Source: Mobula hypostoma (taxonomy: Eukaryota). From it: a DNA stretch of 64,000 nucleotides. How positions within the stretch are numbered: the stretch's first letter is position 1; each line of letters opens with the position of its first letter. The notes beneath the pieces are model-generated. The model searched no databases, was not told the origin of the DNA, and saw only the letters and a list, made by a program, of their open reading frames with translations. The translations under genes and the position numbers were made by a program. This document shows, piece after piece, positions 1 through 13,199 of this stretch. The DNA is taken from assembly GCF_963921235.1 (NCBI RefSeq), contig NC_086118.1, forward strand, positions 23,314,001 through 23,378,000, read 5' to 3'.

Positions 1-800
1 CATTTGCCTTTTTCACCGCCTGCTGTACCTGCATGCCCACTTTCAATGACTGGTGTATAATGACACCCAGGTCTCGTTGCACCTCCCCTTTTCCTAATCG
101 GCCACCATTCAGATAATAATCTGTTTTCCTATTTTTGCCACCAAAGTGGATAACTTCACATTTATCCACATTAAATAGCATCTGCCATGAATTTGCCCAC
201 TCACCCAACCTATCCAAGTCACCCTGCATCCTCTTAGCATCCTCCTAGCATCCTCCTCACAGCTAACACTGCCGCCCAGCTTCGTGTCATCCGCAAACTT
301 GGAGATGCTGCATTTAATTCCCTCATCCAAGTCATTAATATATATTGTAAACAACTGGGGTCCCAGCACTGAGCCTTGCGGTACCCCACTAGTCACTGCC
401 TGCCATTCTGAAAAGGTCCCGTTTATTCCCACTCTTTGCTTCCTGTCTGCTAACCAATTCTCTATCCACATCAATACCTTACCCCCAATACCATGTGCTT
501 TAAGTTTGCACACTAATCTCCTGTGTGGGACCTTGTCAAAAGCCTTTTGAAAATCCAGATATACCACATCCACTGGTTCTCCCCTATCCACTCTACTAGT
601 TACATCCTCAAAAAATTCTATGAGATTCGTCAGACATGATTTTCCTTTCACAAATCCATGCTGACTTTGTCCGATGATTTCACCGCTTTCTAAATGTGCT
701 GTTATCACATCCTTGATAACTGACTCCAGCAGTTTCCCCACCACCGACGTTAGGCTAACCGGTCTATAATTCCCCGGTTTCTCTCTCTCTCCTTTTTTAA
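1..800 (-). mobile_element. CR1-clade LINE ORF2 reverse-transcriptase fragment (5'-truncated, continues off the window start)
   Basis: ORF 109..828(-) contains PGNYRPVSLTSVVGK, QHGF..GKSCLTNL, YLDFQKAFDKVPH, GVPQGSVLGP and FADDTK, all CR1 RT motifs. The frame is broken by an 11-bp tandem duplication (TAGCATCCTCC x2, 235-256). Confidence 0.93.
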
Positions 801-1189
801 CCTTAGCATATAACCTTATTATTTCCACTATTTCTTCAAATTATCTCGGTTCAAATTCTTCTGGCATATCAGATTCTTAAGGCAAAATGTTTAAAATTTT
901 ACCCTGTATTGACTTGTAATGTTATTTTAAGTACTCTATTTAATTCGATGTATAAGTGAGGATGGTAATATGTAAAGAATAACCAAAGCTGATTTTGCCA
1001 TACTTTAGAAGGGCTTCAACCTCCAAGAGCAGATGGAAAGTTTTTCACATCAGCTCTTGAAATGTAGAAGATATTCTTCTAGGAATTCATTAATTTGGGA
1101 AAAGAAAAGAGGATTTACTTGTTTCAATTCTTAGACATCTAGAATAAACTCTAGACTAAACTTGAATCAATGAATGGTGCCCAATAGCT

Positions 1190-2330
1190 ATCATAGGGCT
1201 TGAAATCAAGTGACACGTGTAGCTGACAACAGAGCTTCGCTTCCAGATGAGCTCATAAGCTCGCTTTGGCTGTCAAAACATCGAGGAACCATCACAAACT
1301 CCCACAGCCCCTCATGATCCTGTGATTTCAGTCTCTGAGGCCAATGTGAGAGCATCCTTCAGGAGGGTGAACCCACAGAAAGCAGCCAGCTCAGATGAGG
1401 TACCTGGCCAAGTTCTAAATATGTGTGGTGATCAACTGCCTGGAGTGTTCAGTGAGATCCTTAACCTCTCGTTTCGGCAATCTGAGATATCCACCAGCTT
1501 CGAGCAGGCTTCAATTGCATCAGTGCCTAAGAAGAATGTGGTGACCTGCCTCAATAACTATCATCCAGTAGCACTTACATTAATAGTGATGAAGTGTTTT
1601 GGGAGGTTGGTGAGGTAACTTATCAGCTCCTGCTTGAGAAGCAGCTTGGATCTGCTCCAATTTGCCTATAGACGCAGGCAGATACAGCAGATCAGCTCTG
1701 GATTATCTGGACAGCAAAGATGCACACATCAGGATACTCTTTATCGGCATTCAATACCATCATCCCCACAGAACTAGTCAGTAAGCTTACACTTATGACT
1801 TGTGGTTAAGCACAGTTCCAAAGCCATATTTAAGTTTGCTGATGACTCCACTTTCATAGGCTGAATCAAAGGTGAATCAACGTATAGGAGAGAGACTGAA
1901 AATCTGGCTGAGTGGTGCCATATCAACAACTTCTTCCTCAATGTCAGCAAGACCAAGGAGCTGATTATTGACTTCAGGAGGAGGAAACCAGAGGTTCATG
2001 TGCCATCCTCATGGGAATATCAGGAGTGGAGAGCGTCAGCAGCTTTAAGTTCCTCTGTGTTGTCATTTCACAGGACGTGTTCTGGGCCAGCACTTAAGTG
2101 CAGTTACAAAGGAAGCACAGCAGTGCCTCTACTTCCTTATGAAACACCAATGCCCTGGAATGGAAATCTACAAACAGTAGTGGATGTGGTCCAGTCAATC
2201 ACAGGTAAAGCCCTCCCAACATTGAGCGCATCTACATGGAGCACTGTTGCAAAAAGCAGCATCCATCATCAGGGACCCCAACACCTATAATGTTGTCTTA
2301 TGCTGCTGCCATTAGTAAGATGGAGGCACA
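1190..2330 (+). mobile_element. Decayed Rex1/Babar-like LINE RT fragment, 5' part
   Basis: ORF 1322..1618 (VRASFRRVNPQKAASSDEVPG...VPKKNVVTCLNNYHPVALT) plus downstream KFADD and NVSKTKELIIDFRR motifs, with frameshifts. Confidence 0.82.
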
Positions 2331-2972
2331 TTCAATCACTGCAGCTTCTACAGGGTCAACCAAAGGTGTTCTTCTTTAAACATACTTTTTATGATTGCAA
2401 GACCCCGCTAGACATCAACAACTTAAAGTACTGCATGACTACCCCATCAGCAAGCTGCTTGTTGGCGAAGAAACTGAAGGAGCTGGACTTGGTGCAGATC
2501 GTGCTGCTGCCTGTGTCAGAGAGGTGTTGAAGGAGTCGGTGCACAAAGGCAGTGTGCGGCTAATAGCGAGTGATCGTCTTAGTCACTTTTCCTGTGATTG
2601 CAAGGCTTCATCAGATATTGTTACTGTGGAATACTGCAAGTCCGATTCACTGATTTATTGGTGGGCAGTTGGGGCGGACGACAGGGGAGCTGTGTGGCCT
2701 CAAGCTACAGTGTCACCTGTTTACAGGTGCCCAGGAGAGCAGCATCAGAGTTGGTGTGCTACACCTGAGGGTCACTGCATCCAAGCGGCAATCAGTGCTG
2801 ACCAGTTCGCTCAGCAGAATATAAACTATTGTACTCAACTGCTGACTGCTGCAGCTTTTATGAACTCAGGGTCTTGGGCTTTTTATTTTGGTGTGACTGT
2901 CTTTTACTGATGTCTTCTATTTGCTTGCTATCTGGTATGTGCTGTAAATGCCTTGCGCTATATGTGACTGTT

Positions 2973-3479
2973 CATCGTTAGGTTGCATCTGGAATTTCCA
3001 GTTGGCGGACGATTTCCCTCCACGCCGCTCTGACATATTGGGAAATCATGTTCGTGGCAGGTTACAGCAGTGGTTTGCCTTTGCCTTCTGCCGGGTTTGC
3101 AGTGGATGAGCAGGACGTCTAAGTGCCTTGTCGTGCTCTTAGCGCTCCACAACGTCTGCTGGCCTGCCTTCCTGACCATTGGACCATTAATCGGTCTTTT
3201 CTGCTCAATCCGCCAGGGCCAGACTTCACAGGCTGGGACAGGCAGATCCCCTACCTCACCGAGGGTCGAAGACCCGTCGGCTACCCTCACCTGGTTTGGC
3301 CCGTCTGCCGAGCAGGTTTACCGGGGTGTGGCCACTGCACCTGTTACAGCTACTTGGAGCCGCAGGTGAGAGCTGAGTGCCAGGTGCGGACCAAAGGTGG
3401 ATGAGCTGCCCTGAAAAGGGCATGGCAGGCCCCCCCCACCAGATGTGCTACCCCTCCCTAGACACCCCATACACCCCAC
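2973..3479. mobile_element. 507-bp GC-rich insertion (probable non-LTR element fragment, family uncertain) with 9-bp TSD
   Basis: GTGACTGTT direct repeat at 2964-2972 and 3480-3488 flanks a segment that is compositionally distinct and CpG-rich. Confidence 0.65.
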
Positions 3480-3600
3480 GTGACTGTTAGTACTGTGTAT
3501 TGCACATTGGACCCAGAGTAATGCTGCTTCATTTGGCTGTATTCATGGGCATTCATTTATGGTTGAATGCCAGTTAAACTTAACCTTGACTTGAACTTGA

Positions 3601-3990
3601 AGAAGGTACAGATGCCTCGGAATTCACACCACCAGGTTCAGGAACAGTTATTACCCCTCAACGATTGGGCTAAATGAACGAGTGCGGTCATTTGACTCAA
3701 CTTCACCTGCCCCATCACTGAACTGTTCCTATAACCTATGGACTCACTTTCAAGGACTTCATGTCATGTTCTCGATATTTATTGTTTATTTACTTTTTTT
3801 TTTCTTCTTTTCATATTTGCACAGTTAGTTGTCTTTTGCGCCCAAGTTGTCCGCAGTGCTGGTATGGTCTTTCATTGATTCTATTATGACTATTGGATTT
3901 ATTGAGTAGGCTCACAAGAAAATGAACCTCAGGGTTGTACATGGTGACATTTACTGCATGTGCATTGATAATAAATTTCCTTTGAACTTT
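3601..3990 (+). mobile_element. 3' end and tail of the Rex1-like LINE, resuming after nested insertions
   Basis: AGAAGGTACAG...CACACCACCAGGTTCAGGAACAG continues the LINE C-terminus. A T-rich 3' UTR ends in AATAAA...TTTGAACTTT. A similar tail occurs at 49740-49930. Confidence 0.7.
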
Positions 3991-4017
3991 TTAACATCTC
4001 CCTTTCTCTTTGTTTAG

Positions 4018-4442
4018 GTGCCTTGTTATTGGGTGGCATTTTGTACTCCTGGCAGTTTCCACACTTCAATGCTTTAAGCTGGAACCTTAGGGAAGATTAT
4101 TCACGAGGTGGCTACCGTATGATGTCTGTCACACACCCAGGGCTCTGTAAACGGGTGGCATTTCGCCACTGCCTCGGTCTTATTGGACTTTCAACACTCT
4201 GTTCTGTCTTTGATGTTACCACGTGGAATTTTCCCCTCATTTCACTCCCAATCAACCTGTATATCAGCTACCTCGGCTATCGGTTTTACAGGGACTCCAG
4301 CCGCAGCAGTGCTCGCAAACTTTTTTTCTGTAGCCTCTGGCATCTTCCGATGTTGTTACTTCTCATGCTGACCTGCAAGAAATCAGTAGTTGGAAGTGAG
4401 GGTAATATCCATCACAAAGTTCAAACAGAAATGCAAATTTAA
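4018..4442 (+). CDS. COX10: COX10 (heme A:farnesyltransferase / protoheme IX farnesyltransferase), terminal coding exon
   Basis: Polypyrimidine tract and TTTAG acceptor at 4011-4017. The translation (G)[40 protein letters not shown]...[22 protein letters not shown] matches the vertebrate COX10 C-terminus (UbiA family). Stop TAA at 4440-4442. Upstream exons are outside the window. Confidence 0.96.
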
Positions 4443-5602
4443 TGTTCATTTTTATTATGAATTTTTTTAGGAGGTAGCTACGGTTATTTCTGTGCTATTT
4501 GCTACTGTCCCATGAAGTGGGATAGTGTAATTTCTGTTGCTAGAAATTGTATATTACTGTTGTATCTTGTCTGGTAATGTTAAATGCAAACAGGTCTCTT
4601 CATTTCCTTCTGAATAGGATCAGCCCTCAGCCCTCACCCCTCAAGCGTCCCTCACTTTACCATTCAGTTGTAATCTGGTGGGATTGCATCTTAACTCTGT
4701 TTAAACCACATAATCCCTTCAACTATAAGAAATAAGAGCTCTCCGTCACTCATTAAGAACTCCATGATGCTAACATTTTAATCTTTATCATAATAGCTCA
4801 AATAATCCTAGTATTCGCAGTTTTTGAGAATTCCAGATATCTACTACCCTTTCTGTGGTCATAAATGTGTAACAATTTCTTCCCTCAGTAGTTTTGTTCT
4901 TTCATTCTTCATTTACAGTTAATGAAATAGCTTGACTATATCTACCCCATCAAATCTTTTGACTCTTTAAATCCCTCAAGGTACTCAAAGGAATATGAGC
5001 AAAGTTTGTCCACCTGTCTTCACTTAATGTTCAGGCTTGTCCTACATATCACTCATTGTGTTAATGAGATCATGTTGTGATGTCCATTGGTATAATATGC
5101 CCTTTAATCTGCTATATCCATGGATCCCTTAACTCTCAATATGAGCATTAAGCAATAACAAATTAAACTTTTACCAAATGCGTGTGAACACAAGGGAAAG
5201 TTCTGTAGAGGTGGCCAGAATTTCAGGAAGGATCATTGGATAGCAATTTGCACAACTACTGGGTGATCATGAAATTAATAAGAAATGTATCATTTAATTG
5301 TGTTCTTTGGCTGAAAATAAAATAAGTTTTCTGTTTTTGTGATATTTCATTTAATTGCTCTTTGAAAGCAACTGTTGTAGATACTTGGAGGTCTTCCAAA
5401 CACATTCTGCATTTCTTAATTAAATCACTAACTACAATTACATTTGTAGTTAGTAATGACACAAATAATTAGAAGTGCACTGGTAGTTTATTTTATAACA
5501 CTGATTTATTTTTAGTTGATAATTAGAACTATTCCAAGATTTGCACCTGAATTGCATTGTTAAATTGAAAAGTGCGGAAACGAAGATTATTCAGTGGTCT
5601 AT

Positions 5603-5760
5603 AGCACACACAAAATGCTGGAGGAACTCAGCAAGTTAGGCAGCATCTATGGAAAGGAATAAAGTGTCAACGTTCGGGCCAAGATGATAGATGCTGCCTA
5701 ACCTGCTGAGTTCCTCCAGAACGTTACTCTGAGTTTCCAGCATCTGCAGAAGCTCTCCTG
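5603..5760. mobile_element. Fold-back Penelope-terminus repeat (hammerhead core deleted) in the presumed COX10 3' UTR
   Basis: Inverted arms CTGGAGGAACTCAGCAAGTTAGGCAGCATCTAT and ATAGATGCTGCCTAACCTGCTGAGTTCCTCCAG. Same family as the 26.6k, 43.0k and 51.4k copies. Confidence 0.8.
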
Positions 5761-6696
5761 GTTATGATATTCAGCAGTTGATGTTGTTCTCAAACATTTC
5801 CATTGAAATTGACTGTTCAAAATCTTTCAGATTTCATATTAGGTATTACATAATGAAATTATGTAGAAGGGGTAACCCTATACAAGGTTTATATATAGTA
5901 TTAATATTATTGATATCAAAGTTGGTACATTGTCTCAAATTCTTACCACATGGAATAGACAAAGCACTACTGTCCTTTCACCCCAATAAATCTCAGAAAT
6001 CATTTCTATTTAGGATTATCATTTGTAAGTAGAATAACCCTATTTCTAGTAAAAAGCAATGCAGTTGTAAACTGCAAAGTGTTTTCATATTTATGCTTCA
6101 GAGGCTGGTTTAGAAATGAAAAATGTGATCAAGATATAATCTTCCAGTAATTATTCATTAACACTTTGATTGTTTAAATAATTGGAATCAGAACTTTAAG
6201 CAGATGAAATCTTTTCAGAATGCCTCTACTGAGTGAAACAGAACAAAGTGAAATGAGTCACATTTTGAAATTATTCTTGCAAAGTTGGGTAAGGGAATTA
6301 ATTGTGTTAAGTTTTGTTGTGACAGTTAAGCCCCAATGTGAATATGCAATCCAAACTGTTATTAAAATGCTGGGCATTGTAGAGGATTTTTCAAATGGAA
6401 TGATAGACTTGTGTTCTCACTGCTCCTGGCTGAATAGTAGACTTTATTTGTGTTATTATGATGAAAAGCAAAATAATATTTTATATTTGTGTAATTAGGA
6501 GTGAATCCCATATTGTGTCAGGGATTACTCAGTTCTTGAGGACAGGGTGATTTACTCTAAAAGGTTTTCAAATTTGTAAGATATCTTAACTGATCTTGAT
6601 TCTGAAAAACAGAGGAATAGTTCACTCTACAGCTAAATACATTTGCTTGCCACATACTGTATACCACACTTATTTATATCTCATTTGTACCACCAG

Positions 6697-6710
6697 TTTA
6701 TTGCAATAAA
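6697..6710 (+). terminator. Candidate COX10 polyadenylation signal (AATAAA 6705-6710, inside palindrome TTTATTGCAATAAA)
   Basis: Canonical hexamer with upstream TGTA motifs and downstream T/GT-rich sequence, ~2.3 kb after the stop codon. Other AATAAA hexamers exist in the interval. Confidence 0.45.
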
Positions 6711-9700
6711 TGTGTCACTGAAAATTCGTCTTCAGGAAAGGTTTAAATGCTTACTTACAAGATTTATTGTCAATGCTCTCAGTAGTGTTGTTTTGAGTGA
6801 TTAGTTCTCAGTAATTTACAGAGGAGGGGGCAAGTCTTAGTAAACTCTACATGTTGTAGCTAAGGTTATTTTTATTTCTAGTTGTTGAGAGGTCCAGAAA
6901 GTCAACTTCATTCTTCTAAGAATGACACAAGCAATGTTCCTGCTGATTCTTTTTTTTATAGCTGTGTGGACCAACCATTGCTCTGAACAGGAAATTTTTA
7001 CACTGTCTGAAAACTGAGTGGCACTGTAATAAAACATTATATAAAAGAAAATCCCAGCTGCACAGTAACAAAGGCTACGTGCGCAGAAGCATTTCAGTTA
7101 CTGTGTGGCTGTGCACCCACGCAGCTTAGAGGGAACAGTAAACAAAAGCCACCACTGAGAGGTATAGTCAAATACCCACGTAGGTTTTTACATTTTTCTT
7201 AAATTTGTTAATGTATTAATTACCTCATGGAGAAACTAAGATTATACCTGAAAAGATGTTCAAAGGGTACTTTAAATGGTCTGGTCCTCAGCTGGTGGAT
7301 TTTGCAGAATGTGCTTATTTGCTTTATTATTTCCATCCAAATATTCCATATTCTGCATATCTTTATTTGCTGTTTAGCACAATGTCGAGGTAAAAGTGCT
7401 ACCACCCACTCAAAGTCACAGGTTTGTGGATACAAGCATCACTCTAGACCCTTGACACTAGCACTTCAGTGCACTATCCAGGATGCACTGCACTCAGTGT
7501 GGCATATGCTTTCTGATGGGAGACAGTATTGAACTGCATCCCCAGCTGGAGGTAAATGAACTCAGGACACTGATGGATAGGCAGCATGAGACTTTACCTT
7601 GCTCTATTTCTTTTTGTAACTAATCCATCAATTAATATCTCTCAAAATAATTCTCTGTTGCCTCAAATAATGCAGTGTGCAAATAGGCCGTGTTTATTGA
7701 CCCATGCTGCAGTCACAATCATACAAAGAATAAAAAATATTTTTGGGTGTGAACTGCTTTGAGACATCCTAATGTCTTGGTAAGTGAAATTTTGGCAACC
7801 AAATGCAAATGTTACAAAATGGAGATAAAGTTTAAGTTATGGCCTAGGTAGAGATTGTTTTATATCCACTATGGATCTAAATCAAATGAAACATTGCCTT
7901 GTTGGAAATAGAAAGAAAAATAGTTGAATAAATAAAAATAATTTTACCCATTTATCCCTTCTCAATTATCTTCTGTTTCTGATTCAATAATTCTGCCCTG
8001 TGTTTTGCCTTACAATGTACATCATGGTCTCATCAGCTATTCTGTATTTTGACTGCCATGTCACTAAAGTCAATAATTCCTAACTGAAAATAAAAATTGT
8101 CGATCTGGAAATCTGAAATATGTTGAATTATTTATAATTATCTATTAATTGACTTTTAAAATACTATTAATTCAATGAAACTAGCAATAATACGCTCTGG
8201 TTAAGAAACCTCTAACTCGAAGGGGTCGGGGGAAGTCGGTACCGCCGCATCTGCAACAAGTCAGTTTAGTGATCGGGTGAATCTAGGTTCAAGTGAAATC
8301 ATTGTGATGCATCAACAGTCAATGATTGAAAATTTCCATGGATCAGGAATTTCTTCCCGTCTGGGAGATCCTGTAGTAAACGGGCAGTGTTCCACCTAGG
8401 GGCCTCAGTAAGAACTGTTTGATAAAGACAATTAGCGCTTCTGTAAAGCAAGGCTACAAGGAAAACCGATTACTGTACTGTACCCCCATCCGTTCGGTCA
8501 TCTCCACAATATACAATTGCGACAATCAATACATTTAACGCCCAGAAATTTGCATTTTCAAGATATCCTAATTTTAGATTCAATTTCTGCTTTTGAAGTG
8601 AGTGGGATTTTTTCTTTAGTTTTACGCTAACATCAAATAATAAGGTTTGGCGAAGTGGTCCGATTGTTTGATCTAACATACTTATGTTTCTGAACAGTTT
8701 CGTTTAGTTTTCGGTGGCGTTTACCCTGAGCTGTATCGATGAGGGGAACAAGCATTCCGTCGACGAATACAAAGGAACCTGCAGTCCATGTAGTTTGATG
8801 CTATCAATTATAAACGTCTGAGATGCGTTTCGAACAATGTCTCGGGCTTTAAACTTTTATTTCTCGAGCGCGACCACTCTAATGTTGGGCCTGCCACGCT
8901 GCGTAAACTGAGCCGAATCCCCCCCCCCTCCCTCCCTCCCTGCCTCCCGAGAATCTCTCAGCCGAGCCCTGTGCCAGCTACAGTACTTCACACTGTCGGG
9001 CAGTAACAAAAAAAAGCTGATTTTTAAAATATCTCAAAATCACGTTCAACCAGCTTCATAGCTCTTCAGTAGTTTCGCCCCGCCCTTTCCGTGGTCTCCT
9101 ACATATAAATCTCTTTGAATGTGGAATTCCCGCAGTCGTGGCCCGGTAACGCGCGGATTTCCTTTGCTCACGTTCCGCAGTTATGCAAAACGATAACTGG
9201 ATCCTAAATTCTGAGATTACTTTGCCAATCTCTTCAATTTATCGTTCTTTCCGATTCTCTTTTACGTTTCACATTTTCCCCAAACTAACATCCGTTGTTA
9301 TCTTCAGTGCTCCATTTTATTGGAGGGATAGACTAACAACACAGAATTTACAACAAATTTATCTTCCACTCTGATGCAGTTTTCTCGTCACATTTCTGCA
9401 CTTTATCAACCCGTTATCCTTTATTTTCTCTCTGACTTGAATATAAATGTGTATATTCCTTTACTCTTCATATAACAGACAGTTCTACTCTCTAAAATAA
9501 TTTACGAACTGATTAATTACTGGATTAATTGACAACTCATCTTCTATCAAGTGGAAACATCTTCCCCATATCGACCCGCTCAATTCTGGTCATCATTTGT
9601 GTTTCTTCTGATAGTATGAAACACCTTTGGGCGGGAGGTTTTAGCAAATTCAGAAGGGTAATTTTGGAGAATGAGAGAACGGTAAATACCAATTGTGTCT

Positions 9701-11849
9701 GTTAACACGGGGCGAATGCATATTAATCACTTAAACGTAATTGTAAAAATAACAATACCCTGCGATTTAAAAAATAATCAGATTTGAACTGCAAACGTTT
9801 GGACATATTACAAATAAATAAAGTTAATATCCCAGACTTTTAAAGTAAAATTTAATCTGTACATGAGAATCCTTGATCGAAGGGCTTCCCTGTCCGTTAA
9901 TTTAATGTGCTGTAGGTAATACTTGAAGGAGTTGTTAAAGAGCAATTAATCCCAAATTAAAACTCGCTGCAGGTTAAAGGTCACCAATAATTAAGATTCA
10001 TTGCATTTTCGGTTTTGTACAGCTGGGTAATGGCTGGTGCAAGAAACTGCATGCAGCTGGTCGAGGGCGGGTTTGTTTCACCGTTAACCCTTTGTTGGTG
10101 CGCCTACAGAGAAAGAAATCGGCGGATAGAATTATAATCTCAGTAATACTGATGGTACATCTAAGAGCGGTGTTCTTTGTGGTTCGAATTCAGTAATTCT
10201 ACTATGGGCCTTGCCTTTGAACCCTGCTGACCTCATTCATTCAACTATTCTCAAGTGGGTAACGACCCATATGAGGTGAATGTAGACGTAATGCGCTATA
10301 CATTGGAAAATTGGTTATTTGCAACAGTAACGTTCAGTTTTAGAAGGATCACTCCGACTTTTATCAACTATCCAGAAGAATAACTAAATATTTTATTGAA
10401 TAGTTGTGGTTAAGTAAATCAAACTTTACTGTCCCGAGTTGGAGTTTCTCTCCCTTTTCCAACTTTTTTGGGGGTTGGGGGCCATTGTTTTCTCGATAAA
10501 TGAAATAGCAAACAAATATAATAGAGATAAATTTATTTCCGCCTATACAATTTCAGTTCATTTGATCTACTGACTGTAAAATACGCTGCTGAAAAAATTA
10601 CGTCCTCGTTGAAAACTACTTGCACTTTAGAAGACTCTGAGATCTTTTTGTCTGTCAATATGAGTGCAAAAATTGTTTATCCCACCACACTGCACGAGTG
10701 GCTGAAAGTCTTTAAAAATAAAATTATATGTTATAATTACATTTCCAAACGGACACTTGCCCATGTAATGTCTTCAACTCTCAGGGTAAGGGGAATGATT
10801 TTGAAATTCAATCCATCGCCAATATTTCTGTAGCCCGTTATAGCTGCCTATAAAGAACGGTTCAACCGGCTCGTCATCTTTCAACGAACACGTCCTTTAA
10901 CAATTCTGTGCTACTGAATGTATTATTGCTGTACAATTCCAGCGATTCGATTTATTTACTAAATGCCCAAATACCTATCAAAAAAAATCTGTGCCATGAC
11001 AAGGATTTGCAAACTTAAGAATCTGTTTCAATTGTATTTCTCTCAGACTTGAATAAGTACTCGAGGTTGACACCAGCGCAGTGCCAAGGAAACCAGCGGT
11101 TCCATCTGTGAGATTCGTTACCCCCGGGCCCCGGTGGCCATGGCGGCCACGCCAAGGGGTGGAAAGATTTCGGGCCATGAAGGGTATCAAATAATGTGAC
11201 GTTGGTGCGAGAAATTGGCACGGAGTACAAGATCACCCATCTTCCTGATGAATGGCCGTGCTGGCTACAGGGGCCTGATGGCCCATTCTTGTTCCTATTA
11301 ATAGACTCTCCAATGTAACGCTAATCTGAGGTCCCGTCAGTTCCCGCAGATGAGTATACGACATCGCATGCAGTATGCCAATGTGATGCAGTGGGGTAAT
11401 CCATGGTGTGCTGGTCGTTTTTTTTTGAAATCTCTGAATCTACAGCACCCAAGTCATGATCATATTGTTAACCACATCGAGAAGGTGGATTGGCTGTCTT
11501 TCTTAAAATACGACAATCATTACATTTCCAAGCTTGGTGGTAACGAGCTCTCGGGTTTTCTGATGTCGGGAATGGCCAATATAAATGCAACTATTTTATT
11601 TTTAACTGGTAGGGATTTAAAATAGAGTGAGAAAGGATGACATCATTCACAACAGTTAAGTACAAATATTAAATGAGTTTCTATTGAATGTATTTTAAGA
11701 AGACAGCAAAAGAACCCACGTTGCTGTGAATTCTTGTCCGATTATGCAAACAGCTGTAGAGTATATGACTTTCCATCTGAACCTGCTAGTTATTCATTGG
11801 AAACAATAACTCAGTTTCTCTCTCTACAGTCGCTGCATGTATCCCAAGT

Positions 11850-12255
11850 GTAAAGGAGAACGAAATAATTGCTACTTCGGATCCGATGCAGCGCAGGAAA
11901 AAACACAAAAGATAAAGAACATAATAACAATAAAACACGGTAAATATAAATCCATAAGATAACATATATATAGACTGGTTGTACGTCCTTAAAGTGAGGC
12001 TGGGCTGTACATAAGGTGACTGACAGGAAATAATAAAGTAGTGGTGTAGTTAGCGGGTAGAGGTGTTGATCGGCCTTACTACTTGGGGAAAGTAACTGTT
12101 TTCGAGTCTGATGGTCCTGGCATGGATACTATGTAGCCTCTTATCCGATAGGAAGGGTCCCTGGGTGGGATCCTTCATGATTATCACCGGCCCTTTACCG
12201 ACACCTTCTTGTGTATATGCCCTTGTTGGCCGATAGCCTGGTGCCGCTGATGCGA
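11850..12255 (-). mobile_element. Rex1-like LINE 3' fragment
   Basis: The reverse complement resembles the Rex1-like C-terminus and 3' UTR seen at 33.9-34.2k (ccatgccaggaccatcagactcgaaaacagttacttt). Confidence 0.6.
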
Positions 12256-13199
12256 ACCAGAAAATCCTGTTTTTTTTTGCTCCCTGAATATTGTCAGCAG
12301 TTTATTTTCATCTGAATCTGCAGTCTTTTTTTTTCTTTTGAAGAGTAAGTATCAGTGCGAACCTAGGACCTAATGTTGATAAAGTAGTCGCGTTACAGTC
12401 CAGTTACAAGGTTAAAGTTTGGAGTCTGAAGCAGATGTAGTCTTCCGGTTTAGGCTGTCACGTCCAAGTTGAAACGCTTCTCCTTTTTCAACGTCTCCAC
12501 TTTAGAAGAAGTAGAATAATCACAATATTCCCGATTTAAAATTTAAACGGGCCGAGGATTAGACAGGCAGTATAAACAGGGCGCCTTTATCCAGACCTGG
12601 AATGTCCCCAGATAATCCATTTTAATGGTCAGCAGGAATAGTCGACGAACCACAGAGAAGGCAGCCCATTTAAGAAATGAATAGATTGAATAAAATATAG
12701 ATATATTGTTCTATTTTATATCAAATTGTTAAATGAAACACAATGCAAAGATGTATAAATGTACTACTTTCATTAGCTATTTATAGAAATTCTGGCCCAA
12801 GTTTAACATTTCCTGAGATAATGGTTATCGTTTTATCAATTTTCAGCTAAATTCCATTTAATTTAGTTCATTGGAATGAAGACAATATAAACATCTATTA
12901 GTCAGCCAGGAATGATATGATCCACCGTGGCCAACCTGACTTGTGAAATGTGTGTTCGGGTTGTTAGATTCACTGTGCTCTGTGGGAAAACTTCCACCAC
13001 ATAATAGAGAATCCATAGACAAAGCTGGACTACAGATTCAACGCCGTACCATGTTTAAATAAGCGTGTACATATAGACAAACTGGAAAGAGGCGAGGAAG
13101 ATGAATTATGGGAACGGGTGACAGACTGAATTGCATGGCATTTGGTCGCCTCTCTTTAAAATAGTCAAAAATTCAAAAAATATCAAAATCGAAAATGTG

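Noticed and set aside
2395..2910. 171-aa ORF
   Set aside because: It lies inside a nested repeat within the COX10 intron and has no recognisable protein motif.
7075..7140. Possible hAT/MITE end (GCAGCTTAGAGGGAACAGT)
   Set aside because: No partner terminal repeat or TSD was found, so it is too weak to call.
10978..11236. ORF with WPPWPPGPGG, superficially collagen-like
   Set aside because: No sustained Gly-X-Y repeat or supported splice sites. It reflects a short GC-rich patch.
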